DNA from: Spirochaetia bacterium
Lineage (GTDB): Bacteria > Spirochaetota > Spirochaetia > SZUA-6 > Bin103
Assembly (NCBI GenBank): GCA_965203515.1
Contig: OZ241907.1
Span: 2,368,001 to 2,432,000, forward strand
Direction of reading: 5' to 3'
Length of the DNA stretch: 64,000 nucleotides
Both the position numbers and the translations under genes were made by a program. Positions 37,571 through 50,870 of the stretch are shown here, one piece after another. Positions within the stretch are counted from its first letter, which is position 1. Each line of letters opens with the position of its first letter. Below the pieces are notes generated by a model. The model worked only from the letters and a program-made list of their open reading frames with translations, was not told the origin of the DNA and made no database searches.

Positions 37571-39162
37571 ATGCCCACACACGCGACCATCGCGACCGCG
37601 CGATCTCCCCGGGACGCCGGGCGGCTCGCCCGTGAGCCGGGCGAGGCCCGGCCGGCGCGGGACTTGGCCGATCTCGCCGGACGCATCGACGCGTTGCGCG
37701 TTCGCGGGGCGGCGACCGGCCCCGTGGCCGCGATCCGCTACGACTCCCGGCAGGTCGGTCCCGGCGAGCTGTTCGCGGCGCGGCGCGGCAGCTGCGACGA
37801 CGGTCACCGATTCATAGCCGAAGCGGTCCGCCGCGGCGCCCGCGCGGTGATCCACGAGCGCGCACTGCCGGCGTACGACCCCGCCGTCTGCTACCTGCAG
37901 GTGGCCGACGCGCGGAGCGCGCTGGCCGCAGCCGGCGCCTGGCACGCCGGCGATCCGGCCGATCACCTGCTGCTGGCCGGCGTGACCGGCACCGACGGCA
38001 AGAGCTCGACGGCATGGTTCACGAAGCTGCTGCTCGACCGCCTGGGCGTGCCGTGCGGACTGGTCTCCAGCGTCTACGTGGAAGACGGGACCGGGACGGC
38101 GGCCACGCCGTGGCGGCTGTCGACGCCGGAGGCGCCGGAGTTGCACGCGCTGCTGGCGCGCATGGCCGGCCGCGGTCTGCGCGCCGCGGTCATCGAAGCT
38201 ACCTCGATCGCACTGGCGGCCGGCAGGGTGCACGGGCTGCCGCTGGCCGCGGCGGCGATCACCAACGTCACCCACGAGCACCTGGAGTTTCACGGCGACT
38301 GGGAGCGGTACCGCGATGCCAAGGCGGGGCTGCTCGCCATGCTCCGCGACCGCCCCGACGGTTCGCCCGGCGTGGCGGCGCTCAACCGCGACGACGCGGC
38401 GTGGGAATCGCTGTCCGCGCGGTTCCCGGCGGCGCAGAGCTTTACCACGCAGCCGCCCGGGTCCGCCGCCGGCGCCGCGGCCGACTGCGCCATCGCGGTG
38501 GAGCGGGCCGACCGATCGGGGCTGACCCTGGCGGCCGAACTGCACGGCGTCCGCCGCCGCAGCGGCGTGCGGCTCGGCGATCCCGTGCAGGCGGGCAACA
38601 TCGCCGCCGCCTGCCTGCTGGCAGCCGGCGTGACCGGCGCGGCCCCGGACCGCGTGCTCGACGAGCTGCCGATGCTGAGGCCGCTGCCCGGCCGCATGCA
38701 GCCGATCGCCAACGATCGCGGCTTCACCGTGATCGTAGACCACGCGCACACGCCGGCGGCGTTCGAGCACCTGTTCGCCGGGCTGCGGCGGCGTGACGAC
38801 ACGGCCGCGGACGGCCGCGTCATCGTCGTGTTCGGATCGGCCGGCGAAAAGGATCGACGGAAGCGGGCCATGCAGGGGCGGATCGCCTCCGAGCACGCCG
38901 ACCTCGTGATCCTGGCCGACGAAGACCCGCGCCGCGAGGATCCGATGCTGATCCTCCAGGACATCGCCGCCGGGTTCGCGGCCGGCGCGCCGGCGCCGCA
39001 GTTCATCCCCGATCGACGCGCGGCGATCGGCGCCGCCGTGGGACTTGCCCGGCCCGGCGATACGGTGCTGCTGCTCGGCAAGGGCCATGAGCGGACGATC
39101 GAGTACGCCGATCACGTGCAACCGTGGGACGAAGCCGCCGAAGCGCGTATGGCGCTGCGGCC

Positions 39163-39166
<4 letters not shown>
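37571..39166 (+). CDS. murE: UDP-N-acetylmuramyl-tripeptide synthetase
   Basis: GVTGTDGKSST, TNVTHEHLEFHG, PGRMQ, VDHAHTP, DEDPRRE, GKGHE. Confidence 0.95.
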
Positions 39167-42394
<3,228 letters not shown>

Positions 42395-42416
42395 CCCGGC
42401 AGGCGTCCGCCCCGGG

Positions 42417-42866
42417 CTACCGCTTGGAGAACTGAAAGCGCTTGCGCGCCTTCGGACGGCCGTACTTCTTGCGCTCCACCATGCGGCGGTCGCGCGTCAG
42501 GAAACCGTTTGCCCGCAGGCTCTCATGGTTGGCGGCGTCGTAGGCGTCCAGCGCACGCGCCAAGCCGTGCCGGCTGGCGTCCGCCTGCCCGGCCGGTCCG
42601 CCGCCGGACACGTTGATGAGGATGCTGAGCTTGCCGAGGTTGTCGGTGACGTCGAGCGGAGAGGTCACCCGCTGCACCAGTTCCTCGGATCCGAAGTAAT
42701 CATCGAGCGACTTGCCGTTGACGGTGATCTGGCCGACCGCGACCCGGTGCAGGTCGGTCTCGCCGGCGCCGGCGCCGGCCACCGGCGCGCGCAGAAACAC
42801 GCGGGCGACCGCGGTCTTGCGGCGCCCCGTGCCCAGTGCCAAGTTGATGCTGTCGGTTGCTGCCAT
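42417..42866 (-). CDS. rpsI: 30S ribosomal protein S9
   Basis: GTGRRKTAVARV...LTRDRRMVERKKYGRPKARKRFQFSKR; ATG 42866. Confidence 0.97.
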   Translation of the reverse strand: MAATDSINLALGTGRRKTAVARVFLRAPVAGAGAGETDLHRVAVGQITVNGKSLDDYFGSEELVQRVTSPLDVTDNLGKLSILINVSGGGPAGQADASRHGLARALDAYDAANHESLRANGFLTRDRRMVERKKYGRPKARKRFQFSKR

Positions 42867-43303
42867 CAGTCGTGATCCAGTTCGAGGGGTTGGGGATGCT
42901 GACCCTGATGAGGGTGCTCGGCGCCGGGGTAGACGCGCACGTTGCGGAACAACTCGCGGCCCAGCGGGCCCTTGGGGAGCATGCCTCGTATGGCGCGTTC
43001 CACCGGAAACACCGGCTTGCGGGCGATGACGTGCTCGAACGACTCGCTGCGCAGCGCGCCCGGGTAGCCGGAATGGCGATAGTACCGCTTGTCGCTCCGT
43101 TTGTTGCCGGACACGGCCACCTTGGCCGCGTTGATGACCACCACGCGGTCCCCCAGGTCCTGGTGCGGCGCGAAGTAGGGCCGGTGCTTGCCGCGCAGCA
43201 CGGCGGCCACCCGCGCCGCCAGCCGGCCGAGCGGAGCGCCGTCGGCGTCCGCGACGTACCACCGCCGCTCCACGTCGCGGGGGCGCACGAAAATCGTCTT
43301 CAT
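42866..43303 (-). CDS. rplM: 50S ribosomal protein L13
   Basis: LGRLAARVA.VLRGKHRP, YYRHSGYPG, IRGMLPKGPLGR. Confidence 0.98.
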   Translation of the reverse strand: MKTIFVRPRDVERRWYVADADGAPLGRLAARVAAVLRGKHRPYFAPHQDLGDRVVVINAAKVAVSGNKRSDKRYYRHSGYPGALRSESFEHVIARKPVFPVERAIRGMLPKGPLGRELFRNVRVYPGAEHPHQGQHPQPLELDHD

Positions 43304-43351
43304 CACCTGCCCTTCATCGTCGGTCTGCTCATCATCCGCCCGCGCGCTGCC

Positions 43352-43645
43352 CTACGCGGAGGACCCGCCGCCGGCGCTTCCGCCACCGGATCGGCTGGCC
43401 GAAGCGGCGGCCTCCGCCGCTTCGGCCTCCTTCGCCGCGCGCTCTTCCTTCCTGGCTTCCATCTTGTCCTTGATGTCGGCGAATCCCACGAACAGCGCGA
43501 TCAGTCCGATCAACAGGGCCGCGACCGGAATGCCCCCCTTCAGGAAGGCCATGACGTCGGGCCACCACTGGGTGGACCACGGGACCGGCAATACCGTGTA
43601 GACCGCGAACAACATGAGCACCACGCCCACCAACAGAGCAATCAT
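43352..43645 (-). CDS. Small two-TM hypothetical membrane protein
   Basis: MIALLVGVVLML...FLKGGIPV..LIGLIALFVGFADIKDK.EARKEE; SD GAGG. Confidence 0.8.
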   Translation of the reverse strand: MIALLVGVVLMLFAVYTVLPVPWSTQWWPDVMAFLKGGIPVAALLIGLIALFVGFADIKDKMEARKEERAAKEAEAAEAAASASRSGGGSAGGGSSA

Positions 43646-43660
43646 CGTCGCCTCACGCGC

Positions 43661-43702
43661 TGAGAGTCTCTCAAGAGTATCGCTTCGCGGCGCATTGTGC
43701 AA
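43661..43702 (-). promoter_or_regulatory. Promoter candidate with a palindrome at the predicted start site
   Basis: TTGCAC-17 nt-TACTCT followed by TGAGAG-a-CTCTCA. Confidence 0.55.
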
Positions 43703-43796
43703 CCACCGGCCGGCCTCCTTGACCGTGCCGGCCGTCGGCGCCACATTGCCATTGCATCGAATGCCCGGCCGTCGCCGCCGGGATTGAGGAGGACCC

Positions 43797-44492
43797 ATGT
43801 CCGACAGGAGCGCAACGCACGGCGCCGTCCACGCCGCAGCCCGGACCGGGCTGATGAGCAACGTCTATCTGTGGATGACCGGCGGCCTTGCTCTGAGCGG
43901 AGTCATCGCCTGGTTCGTCGCCAGCCAGCCCGCGCTGTTCAGCGCGGTGGCCGGCAATCCGATGCTCTACTTCGGACTGATCATCGGCGAGCTCGCGCTG
44001 GTCTGGTTCCTCAGCGCCCGGATCATGACCATGAGCATCGGCGCCGCCACGGGGAGCTTCATCGCCTTCGCGGCGCTCAACGGGATCACGCTGTCGGTCA
44101 TCACCGCCATCTACACCCAGCAGCAGATATTCAACGCGTTCTTCATCGCGGCGGGGATGTTCGCCGGGATGAGCCTGTACGGCTACACGACCAGGCGCGA
44201 CCTGACGACCATCGGCAGCTACCTGAGCATGGGTCTGCTGGGACTGATGATCGCCATCGTCGTCAACCTGCTGATCGGCAGCGACGCCATCGGCTTCCTG
44301 ATCTCGATCGTCGGCGTCGCGCTCTTTCTGGGCTTGACCGCGTACGACACGCAGATGATCAAGCGCTGGCAGGCGGAGGCGGGAACCATGGACGAAACCG
44401 CCTTCGTCCGGCTGTCGGTACTCGGCGCGCTCAAGCTCTACCTGGACATGCTCAACCTGTTCCTGTTCCTGTTGCGGCTGATGCGGCGCTGA
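43797..44492 (+). CDS. Bax inhibitor-1/YccA family membrane protein
   Basis: VYLWMTGGL, YGYTTRRDL, GLTAYDTQMIK, GALKLYLDMLNLFLFLL. Confidence 0.93.
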   Translation: MSDRSATHGAVHAAARTGLMSNVYLWMTGGLALSGVIAWFVASQPALFSAVAGNPMLYFGLIIGELALVWFLSARIMTMSIGAATGSFIAFAALNGITLSVITAIYTQQQIFNAFFIAAGMFAGMSLYGYTTRRDLTTIGSYLSMGLLGLMIAIVVNLLIGSDAIGFLISIVGVALFLGLTAYDTQMIKRWQAEAGTMDETAFVRLSVLGALKLYLDMLNLFLFLLRLMRR

Positions 44493-44523
44493 AACGCGGT
44501 CCGGCGGCCCCCGCCGGCGCACA

Positions 44524-45351
44524 TCATCCGGCGAACAGCCGCATGAGCGCCGCCGCCTCTCCCGCGGAGACCTCATCGGGCAGGATGCTCGGCCCCGGGT
44601 GGAACGGGGAGAGCACCGCCCCCGCCTGCAGGAACCGGTCGAACACGGCGTCGTAGGCGGCCGCATCGCAACGCGCCGCCACGTACGGGCCGCGCCGCTC
44701 CCAGCCGGCGCATCCGCGCGGGTCGGGCCACGCCTGCGACGCCCAGGCGGCTCCGCCGTAGCGCGGCAGCCGGTCCAGGCCGGCCAGCGCCGCGACCAGC
44801 AGCGCCGCCGGCGGCGGCTCCGGCGCGGCCACCGCCGCCGCATCGGCGGCGTCCGGCGCCAGGCAGACCGGCGCCGGCGCCGGCCCGAGCGTGAACGGCA
44901 GAACCGGCACCACGACGCGCCAACTCGCCGGCGGCGGCACGGGGCCTGCGGCCGGGCGCCAGAGCCCCGCCCGGCATGCGTCCGCCGGCCCGGCGTCGAG
45001 CGCGGGGTCGTGGAGCTCCTCCCGGCCCAGCCCCAGGCGCCGGAGGATCGCGCGCACCTCGGCGTCACCACCGGTCAGGAGCGGCTCGAACCCCGGAACG
45101 AGCCGCCGTACGCGGCCGAGCAGGCGCCGCTCGTACACCGACGGCAGGCCGGCGCGCGCCCCCCGGGACAGGACGCCCTTGATCTGCGCCAGCGCCCGAT
45201 CGGGCCGGTGTCCGAGCAGCGCACGCCCACCGGCCTGCCACAGGTCGAGGTAGCGCCTGCCGCGGTGATCGTACAGCCGGTAGCCGCGCGCCCGGCGGAT
45301 CGGTCCAAGCCGCTCCAGCCGCGCACGGGCGGCGGGGTGGTTCCCGGTCAC
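44524..45351 (-). CDS. Hypothetical protein resembling a truncated class III aminotransferase
   Basis: RRARGYRLYD..GRRYLDL..GG.ALLGH N-terminus; no DE(V/I) or PLP-lysine motif; overlaps the uvrD stop. Confidence 0.7.
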   Translation of the reverse strand: MTGNHPAARARLERLGPIRRARGYRLYDHRGRRYLDLWQAGGRALLGHRPDRALAQIKGVLSRGARAGLPSVYERRLLGRVRRLVPGFEPLLTGGDAEVRAILRRLGLGREELHDPALDAGPADACRAGLWRPAAGPVPPPASWRVVVPVLPFTLGPAPAPVCLAPDAADAAAVAAPEPPPAALLVAALAGLDRLPRYGGAAWASQAWPDPRGCAGWERRGPYVAARCDAAAYDAVFDRFLQAGAVLSPFHPGPSILPDEVSAGEAAALMRLFAG

Positions 45352-47555
45352 GAGCGGATCCGCTCCAGGGCGGCGTAGCGCAGGGCGAACGATGCCTCGT
45401 GCTCGGTGGCGAAGCGCACCGTCACGAACCAGGTGCCGGCGTGGTTCCAGCGGCGGGTGACGACCCCGCTGCCGTAGTCGTCGTGATAGACCTCGGCGCC
45501 GGCCGGAAAGTCGTCGGCCTCTCCGCCGTACCCGGCTGCCGCTCCGGCGGCCGCATCACGGGCCAGCAGCCGGGCGGGGATCTCCTCCAGAAACCGGCTC
45601 ATCCGCTGGTCGCGCCGCTGCCCGAACACGGTGCGGCTGGCGCAGCAGGTGACGTGCAGTCGGCTCCGGGCCCGCGTCACGGCGACGTAGAACAGGCGGC
45701 GTTCCTCCTCCAGGCCGCGCTGCGCCGGTTCGGCTCCGTCGCGGTCCCCCGGCAGGAGCGGGAACACCCCTTCCTCCATGCCGGTGACCACGACCCGCTC
45801 GAACTCCAGTCCCTTGGTGTTGTGCGCCGTGATCAGCGTCACGGGGCGGACCGCCCACTGCCGCTGCTCGCCGCGTTCGCGGCCGGCTTCGTGCAGCCCG
45901 GCCGCTTCGAGAAAACGATGCAGATCCCCGCGGCCGACGCCGAACGTCTCGGCGCTCGCCGCCAACTGCTCCAGGTTGCGCATCCGGCTGCCGCCGGACA
46001 CCGCGTCGAGCCGGCCGTAATGGGCGGCGAGGCCGGAGCGCTCCACCGCGGCAGCGACCAGCGACGCCACCGGCGCGTGCTCGGCCATCTCGCACAGCTC
46101 GTCGTGCAGCTCCAGAAAGGCGCCTACCCCGGCGCGGGCCGGCGCCGGCAGGGAGGCGCGCGCCGCGCGCGCCCGATCGACGGCGGTCACGGCGGACGGC
46201 CCCACGTCGAAGAGCGTCCCGCTCACGGCTCCCGCGGCCGGGCCCGGCTCCGCCGACAGAATGCGTTGCAGCGTCTTGGGGCCGACCGAGCGCCGCGGCG
46301 TGGCGAGCGCCCGCCGCAGCGCGACGGCGTCGGCAGGGTTGACCGTCAGGATCAAGTAGGCCAGTGCGTCCTTCACCTCCTGGCGCTCGAAGAAGCCGAT
46401 CGCCCCGACCAGCCGATAGGGTATGCGCAGCCGGCGGAACGCGGCCTCGAACGGCTGCGACTGAAAGTTCATCCGATAGAGAATCGCCGTCTCCAGATCG
46501 GGCTCTCGATCGACCAGCTCGCAGCACAGGCGAACCTCCGCTTCCTGATCGGTCAGCTCGTGCAACCGGGGAGCCGGTCCGGGCCCGTTCTCCGTCCACA
46601 GGGTCTTGCCCAGGCGGTCGCGGTTGCCTTCCATCACGCTCTGCGCGACCGCCAGGATCTGCGGCGTGGACCGGTAGTTCTGTTCCAGGCGCACGATCTC
46701 CGCGCCCGCGAAGTGGTCCGGGAATGACAGGAACGCCTGCACGTCGGCGCCCCTGAATCCGTAGATCGACTGGTCGTCGTCGCCGACCGCGCACACGTAG
46801 GCGCCGCCGCGCGCCAGCAAGCGCAGCAGGCGCACCTGCGCCCGATTGGCGTCCTGATACTCGTCGACCAGCAGCGCACGGAAGCGACCGGCGATCTCGG
46901 CGCCCGGTTCCGTGGACAGCACGTCGATCGTACGCAGAATCAGATCGCCGAAGTCCATGGCGTTGCTGCGCTGCAGATGCTCCTGATACGCGCCGTACAG
47001 CTCGGCCAGCGGCACGCCCGTCGGCGCTTCGAGCCGATCGAGATCATCGCGCGGGCGCAGGTCGTGATCCTTGGCGCGCGCGATCAACTCGGCCACCGCC
47101 TTGATCTCGTCGGCCGGCCATCCACCGCCGGCCGCGTCCCGCAGCACCGACAGCGCGTCGGCGCCGTCCAGAATGGAGAAGCTCGGATCTATGCCGACGC
47201 GGGCTCCGTAGCGCCGGAGCAGCCAGTTGCAGAACGAGTGGAACGTGCGGATGTTCGCGCCGGCGGCGGCCGGAAGCATCGCGGTCGCCCGCTCGCGCAT
47301 CTCGTCGGCCGCCTTGTTGGTGAAGGTGACCGCCAACATGGCGCGCGGCGGAATGCCGCGCCGCTCGGCCAGGTAGGCGATCTTGGTGGTGATCGCCCGC
47401 GTCTTGCCGGAGCCGGCTCCCGCCAGGATGAGCAGCGGGCGGCCCCAGTGCTCCACGGCGCGCCGCTGCGGCTCGTTCAGCATCGCCAAGTCGCCTGCGA
47501 GCGCATCACCGCCGGCCGAATCGGAGCCGCCCCCGCCCGACGTCGTTTCGGGCAA
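45348..47555 (-). CDS. UvrD/PcrA family SF1 helicase (start uncertain, ATG 47483 possible)
   Basis: LAGAGSGKT, VTFTNKAA, LVDEYQD, VGDDDQSIYGFRGA, LEQNYRS, TKGLEF, EERRLFYVAVTRA. Confidence 0.95.
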   Translation of the reverse strand: MPETTSGGGGSDSAGGDALAGDLAMLNEPQRRAVEHWGRPLLILAGAGSGKTRAITTKIAYLAERRGIPPRAMLAVTFTNKAADEMRERATAMLPAAAGANIRTFHSFCNWLLRRYGARVGIDPSFSILDGADALSVLRDAAGGGWPADEIKAVAELIARAKDHDLRPRDDLDRLEAPTGVPLAELYGAYQEHLQRSNAMDFGDLILRTIDVLSTEPGAEIAGRFRALLVDEYQDANRAQVRLLRLLARGGAYVCAVGDDDQSIYGFRGADVQAFLSFPDHFAGAEIVRLEQNYRSTPQILAVAQSVMEGNRDRLGKTLWTENGPGPAPRLHELTDQEAEVRLCCELVDREPDLETAILYRMNFQSQPFEAAFRRLRIPYRLVGAIGFFERQEVKDALAYLILTVNPADAVALRRALATPRRSVGPKTLQRILSAEPGPAAGAVSGTLFDVGPSAVTAVDRARAARASLPAPARAGVGAFLELHDELCEMAEHAPVASLVAAAVERSGLAAHYGRLDAVSGGSRMRNLEQLAASAETFGVGRGDLHRFLEAAGLHEAGRERGEQRQWAVRPVTLITAHNTKGLEFERVVVTGMEEGVFPLLPGDRDGAEPAQRGLEEERRLFYVAVTRARSRLHVTCCASRTVFGQRRDQRMSRFLEEIPARLLARDAAAGAAAGYGGEADDFPAGAEVYHDDYGSGVVTRRWNHAGTWFVTVRFATEHEASFALRYAALERIRS

Positions 47556-47565
47556 CGTGCGGTCG

Positions 47566-48327
47566 TCAGCCTCTGGCGCGGCCGGAGCCGACCGGCGCCG
47601 CCTGCGCCGGTTCGTCCCCCGCGCCGCGCTGCAGGGTCAGGTTGACGCGGACCGGACCGCCGGTTCGGTCGACGCTGTTGAACAACACGCGCAGGTCGGT
47701 CCGGGCGTCGCCGTCCAGATCGAGCAGCCGCTCGCCGCCGACGGCGAGCGGCGCTTCGTTGTCGCCGTACCGGATGATCAGACCGTCATCGTACCGAGCC
47801 AGCAGCACGTCGTAGCGTCGAGCGCCGATCGGCACCTGTACCACGGTGCCGACCTCCAGCACCCGGATCACCACGTCGCCGGTCATCACGAACGGCTCCG
47901 GCGGAGCGGCGGCCGGCCGCTCCGCGGCGCGCTCGGCGGCCGCGGGCTGAATCACCCAGCGCACCAGGGCGGCGATCCCGCCCGCGAACACCAGCAGCGT
48001 CAGCGCAAGCACCGCCACCAGCGGCGACCGGCTGCGGCCAAGCGGCGCCTCGGCGCCGGGGCTCGTCCGCTGCGCGCGGTAGTGCTCGATGAGCGGCTCA
48101 GGATCGATATTGAGGTAGTCGGCGTAGCTGCGGATGAACCCGGTAACGTACGCCTCGCCCGGCAGGTCGGCGTAGTCGCCGGCCTCCAGCGCCTTGAGGA
48201 ATCGCTTGCTGATGTGAATGTCGCGCGTGACCTGTTCCAGGGAGATGCCGCGCGCCGTGCGGGACTCGCGGAGCGCAGCGCTCTCCGGCGATTCCCGGCT
48301 CTCCTCCGTCATCGGTTCAGCCGCCAT
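47566..48327 (-). CDS. RodZ-like HTH membrane protein
   Basis: LRESRTARGISLEQV...LKALEAGDY..LPGEAYVTGFIRSYADYL followed by a TM. Confidence 0.85.
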   Translation of the reverse strand: MAAEPMTEESRESPESAALRESRTARGISLEQVTRDIHISKRFLKALEAGDYADLPGEAYVTGFIRSYADYLNIDPEPLIEHYRAQRTSPGAEAPLGRSRSPLVAVLALTLLVFAGGIAALVRWVIQPAAAERAAERPAAAPPEPFVMTGDVVIRVLEVGTVVQVPIGARRYDVLLARYDDGLIIRYGDNEAPLAVGGERLLDLDGDARTDLRVLFNSVDRTGGPVRVNLTLQRGAGDEPAQAAPVGSGRARG

Positions 48328-48336
48328 AGACTCCGG

Positions 48337-49218
48337 TCAGCCCCCGGCCAGGACGTCTCCGAAGAGGACGTCCCGATAGACGTTCGCGTCGGGCGGCGAT
48401 TCGTACCGGAACCGCGCGTCCGGTATCGACCGGTCGATCCGTACGGCGCGGAACTCGAGGGCGAGCCGACTCCCGGAGCGGTCTTCGCCGACGATGCTGC
48501 GAATCAACCGGTCGCCGCCGACCGCGATCTCGATCTTCTCGAATCCCTCCTCCGCGACCTGTCGTCGCAGGACCAGCCTGACCACCTCCTGACCGGAGCC
48601 GTCGTTGAGCGGCACCGGATCGGGGCCCACCTGATAGGCGATCGCGTAGTTGGCGCGCAGGGAGCGCAAGCCGGACGCCGACGCAAGACGGGACGCCAGC
48701 GAAGCCGCGGCGGGAGACGCCGCGCCGCCGAGCCGCTGCTCGATGATGAGGTCGAGTCCGGGCACGTAGATGGTGAGCAGCGATCCGTCCGACACCAGAA
48801 CCTGACCGGACGGATCGCTGAAGTCGATACGGAGCAGATCGGGTCGCTTGAACGAGAGCGTCCCCTCCATCCGCGACAGCTCGACCTCCCGCAGCACGGA
48901 GCCGGAGTCCGACGCGCCCGCTCCGCCGTCTTCCGCCACCCGTTGAAAGCGGCGCGTGGCGATCACCACGTCGGCCTGATAATCCTCGATGTCGGCGTAG
49001 ACTCGCGCGACCTCCGCGAAGAACGCCTGCGCGGTGACCAGCTCGGGGGCTGACGAGACCTCCGCCGCCGCGACCGTCCCGATCGCCGCGACCATCCCGA
49101 TCGCCGCGGCGGCGACGGCAACGCGCCGCCGCCCCGACGACCCGCGCAGAAGCGGGCGCCCGATCGCCATCCGCGCATGAGCACTCCGCGTATGGGCACT
49201 CCGCACTGCGTCGCGCAT
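48337..49218 (-). CDS. LolA-family lipoprotein carrier (start uncertain)
   Basis: FKRPDLLRIDFSDPSGQVLVSDG.LLTIYVP, IPDARFRYESP. Confidence 0.85.
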   Translation of the reverse strand: MRDAVRSAHTRSAHARMAIGRPLLRGSSGRRRVAVAAAAIGMVAAIGTVAAAEVSSAPELVTAQAFFAEVARVYADIEDYQADVVIATRRFQRVAEDGGAGASDSGSVLREVELSRMEGTLSFKRPDLLRIDFSDPSGQVLVSDGSLLTIYVPGLDLIIEQRLGGAASPAAASLASRLASASGLRSLRANYAIAYQVGPDPVPLNDGSGQEVVRLVLRRQVAEEGFEKIEIAVGGDRLIRSIVGEDRSGSRLALEFRAVRIDRSIPDARFRYESPPDANVYRDVLFGDVLAGG

Positions 49219-49229
49219 GCCGGTTCGGA

Positions 49230-49979
49230 CTACGCCCGCCGCTGCTGCAAGGCGTGGATCCGGTCGCGCAGCTCCGCCGCCCGTTCATAGGCTTCCTGCT
49301 CGACCGCTTCATCCAGCGCGGCGTTCAACCGCTCCAGCACGGTCGGCTTGCGCGCCTTGATCTGGTTCAACGCGGTGCGCAGGTACTGGAGGGACCGCAG
49401 CCGTTCGTAGTGGTAGGTCGGCGTATCGACTTCGTCGAGCGCGCCGATGTCGTCGATCGCGCCCTGCAACGCATCGCGCGCGCCGTCCGGGTTCTCGGCG
49501 CCGAGATGGAGCATGGCGTCCGCCATGGCGTTCATGCGGATGATGTAGGGGCGGTACTGCAGTATCTCCTTCTGGTCGTCCGCCTCCTGCACGTAACGCT
49601 CGACCAGATCGCAGATCTGCAGGTTGTGCATGGTGTCGCTGACGGTCCGTTCGAAGTCCCCCATCTGAAACAGGATCAGATAGCGGTAGTAGTAGAGGAT
49701 GCCCTCGTTCTGCAGACGCAGGAAGTCGTCGTGGTCGATCAGGAAGCCGCCGTCGCGGGGGGCCTCACAGGAGTCGAGGCGGTCGAGCATCTCCACCAGC
49801 ACCGATTCCTTGCCGAACGGACGCAGACCGTCCGGCCGCCCATCGAGCTCGTACTGCTCGATGCCGAGCGGTTGGCGCACCTGCAGCACCCGACGTCCGT
49901 CGCGCGCCTTGATCACCCGGTATTGGTCGTCGGCGTCGTACCGCCAGTCTTCGAGGACTTCCGTCAGGTCCCGGTCCAT
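49230..49979 (-). CDS. UvrB/UvrC-motif-containing protein
   Basis: GIEQYELDGRPDG; C-terminal LDEAVEQEAYERAAELRDRI. Confidence 0.85.
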   Translation of the reverse strand: MDRDLTEVLEDWRYDADDQYRVIKARDGRRVLQVRQPLGIEQYELDGRPDGLRPFGKESVLVEMLDRLDSCEAPRDGGFLIDHDDFLRLQNEGILYYYRYLILFQMGDFERTVSDTMHNLQICDLVERYVQEADDQKEILQYRPYIIRMNAMADAMLHLGAENPDGARDALQGAIDDIGALDEVDTPTYHYERLRSLQYLRTALNQIKARKPTVLERLNAALDEAVEQEAYERAAELRDRIHALQQRRA

Positions 49980-50086
49980 CGATTCATCGCTACCCAGCAT
50001 GTCAATGATAACGACATGCGAAGGCCGCAAGGCAACCCCGAACGGGCCGATCCCGCCGGCGGCAGCCATGCTATCATCCTGCGTCG

Positions 50087-50776
50087 ATGGCCGTGCATGT
50101 CATCGACCTGTCCGGGTCGCTCATCGAGCGTGAGTCGACCGCCGCCGCGTACCTCGACCGGTTTCGCTCCGCCGTGCTCGAAGCCCTGCGCGCGTCGGCC
50201 GGCGACAAGGCGATCGTCGTCACCGGCGGCGGCGATCTGGCGCGGGATTACCAGGCCGCCTATCGCCGGCTGGCGGCGGCGCCGGCGGACGAAGCGCAGG
50301 ACTGGATCGGCGTCGCCGCGACGCGGCTGCACGGCGAGCTGCTGCGCCACGCGTTCGCCCCTGACTGCTGCGCGCCGCTGATCATCGACCCTACCGACGT
50401 CCCCGCGTTCCCGGGCCGCGTGATGGTCGCTGCCGGTTGGAAGCCGGGCTTCTCCACCGACTACGACGCCGTGTTGCTGGCGCAGCGCTTCGGAGCCGAC
50501 ACCGTCATCAAGATGTCCAACGTCGCCATGGTCTATTCGAGCGATCCCCGGCTCGACGCCGGCGCGCGCCCGCTCACGCACGTCACCTGGAGCGAGTTGG
50601 AAGGGATGAGCGACGGGAAGTGGCAGCCCGGCAGCAGGCTGCCGTTCGACCCGGTAGCCGCCCGCGCCGCCTGCCGGCATGGCATGACCGTGATCTTCAC
50701 CGGCAGCGACACCGGCAACCTGCGGTCGATCCTGGAGGGCCGCCCCTATCGCGGGACCACGATCACGGGGGGCTGA
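50087..50776 (+). CDS. pyrH: UMP kinase, archaeal/spirochaetal type
   Basis: VVTGGGDLARDYQ, DWIGVAATRL, GWKPGFSTDYDAV, PFDPVA. Confidence 0.93.
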   Translation: MAVHVIDLSGSLIERESTAAAYLDRFRSAVLEALRASAGDKAIVVTGGGDLARDYQAAYRRLAAAPADEAQDWIGVAATRLHGELLRHAFAPDCCAPLIIDPTDVPAFPGRVMVAAGWKPGFSTDYDAVLLAQRFGADTVIKMSNVAMVYSSDPRLDAGARPLTHVTWSELEGMSDGKWQPGSRLPFDPVAARAACRHGMTVIFTGSDTGNLRSILEGRPYRGTTITGG

Positions 50777-50795
50777 ATGCCGGCCCTGTGCGGGT

Positions 50796-50823
50796 TTGAC
50801 ATCGGCTCGGGCACCGTTAGGAT
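50796..50823 (+). promoter_or_regulatory. Promoter candidate for tRNA-Leu
   Basis: TTGACA-16 nt-TAGGAT. Confidence 0.6.
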
Positions 50824-50870
50824 TGGCCTGGGCCGCGCGCCGCGCCGTTGCGCGCGGCCGTTCACCTCAC

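Noticed and set aside
50831..50859. GC-rich hairpin upstream of tRNA-Leu, and tRNA-Leu as an integration site
   Set aside because: Probably a simple leader or terminator stem; no duplicated tRNA 3' end or integrase seen.
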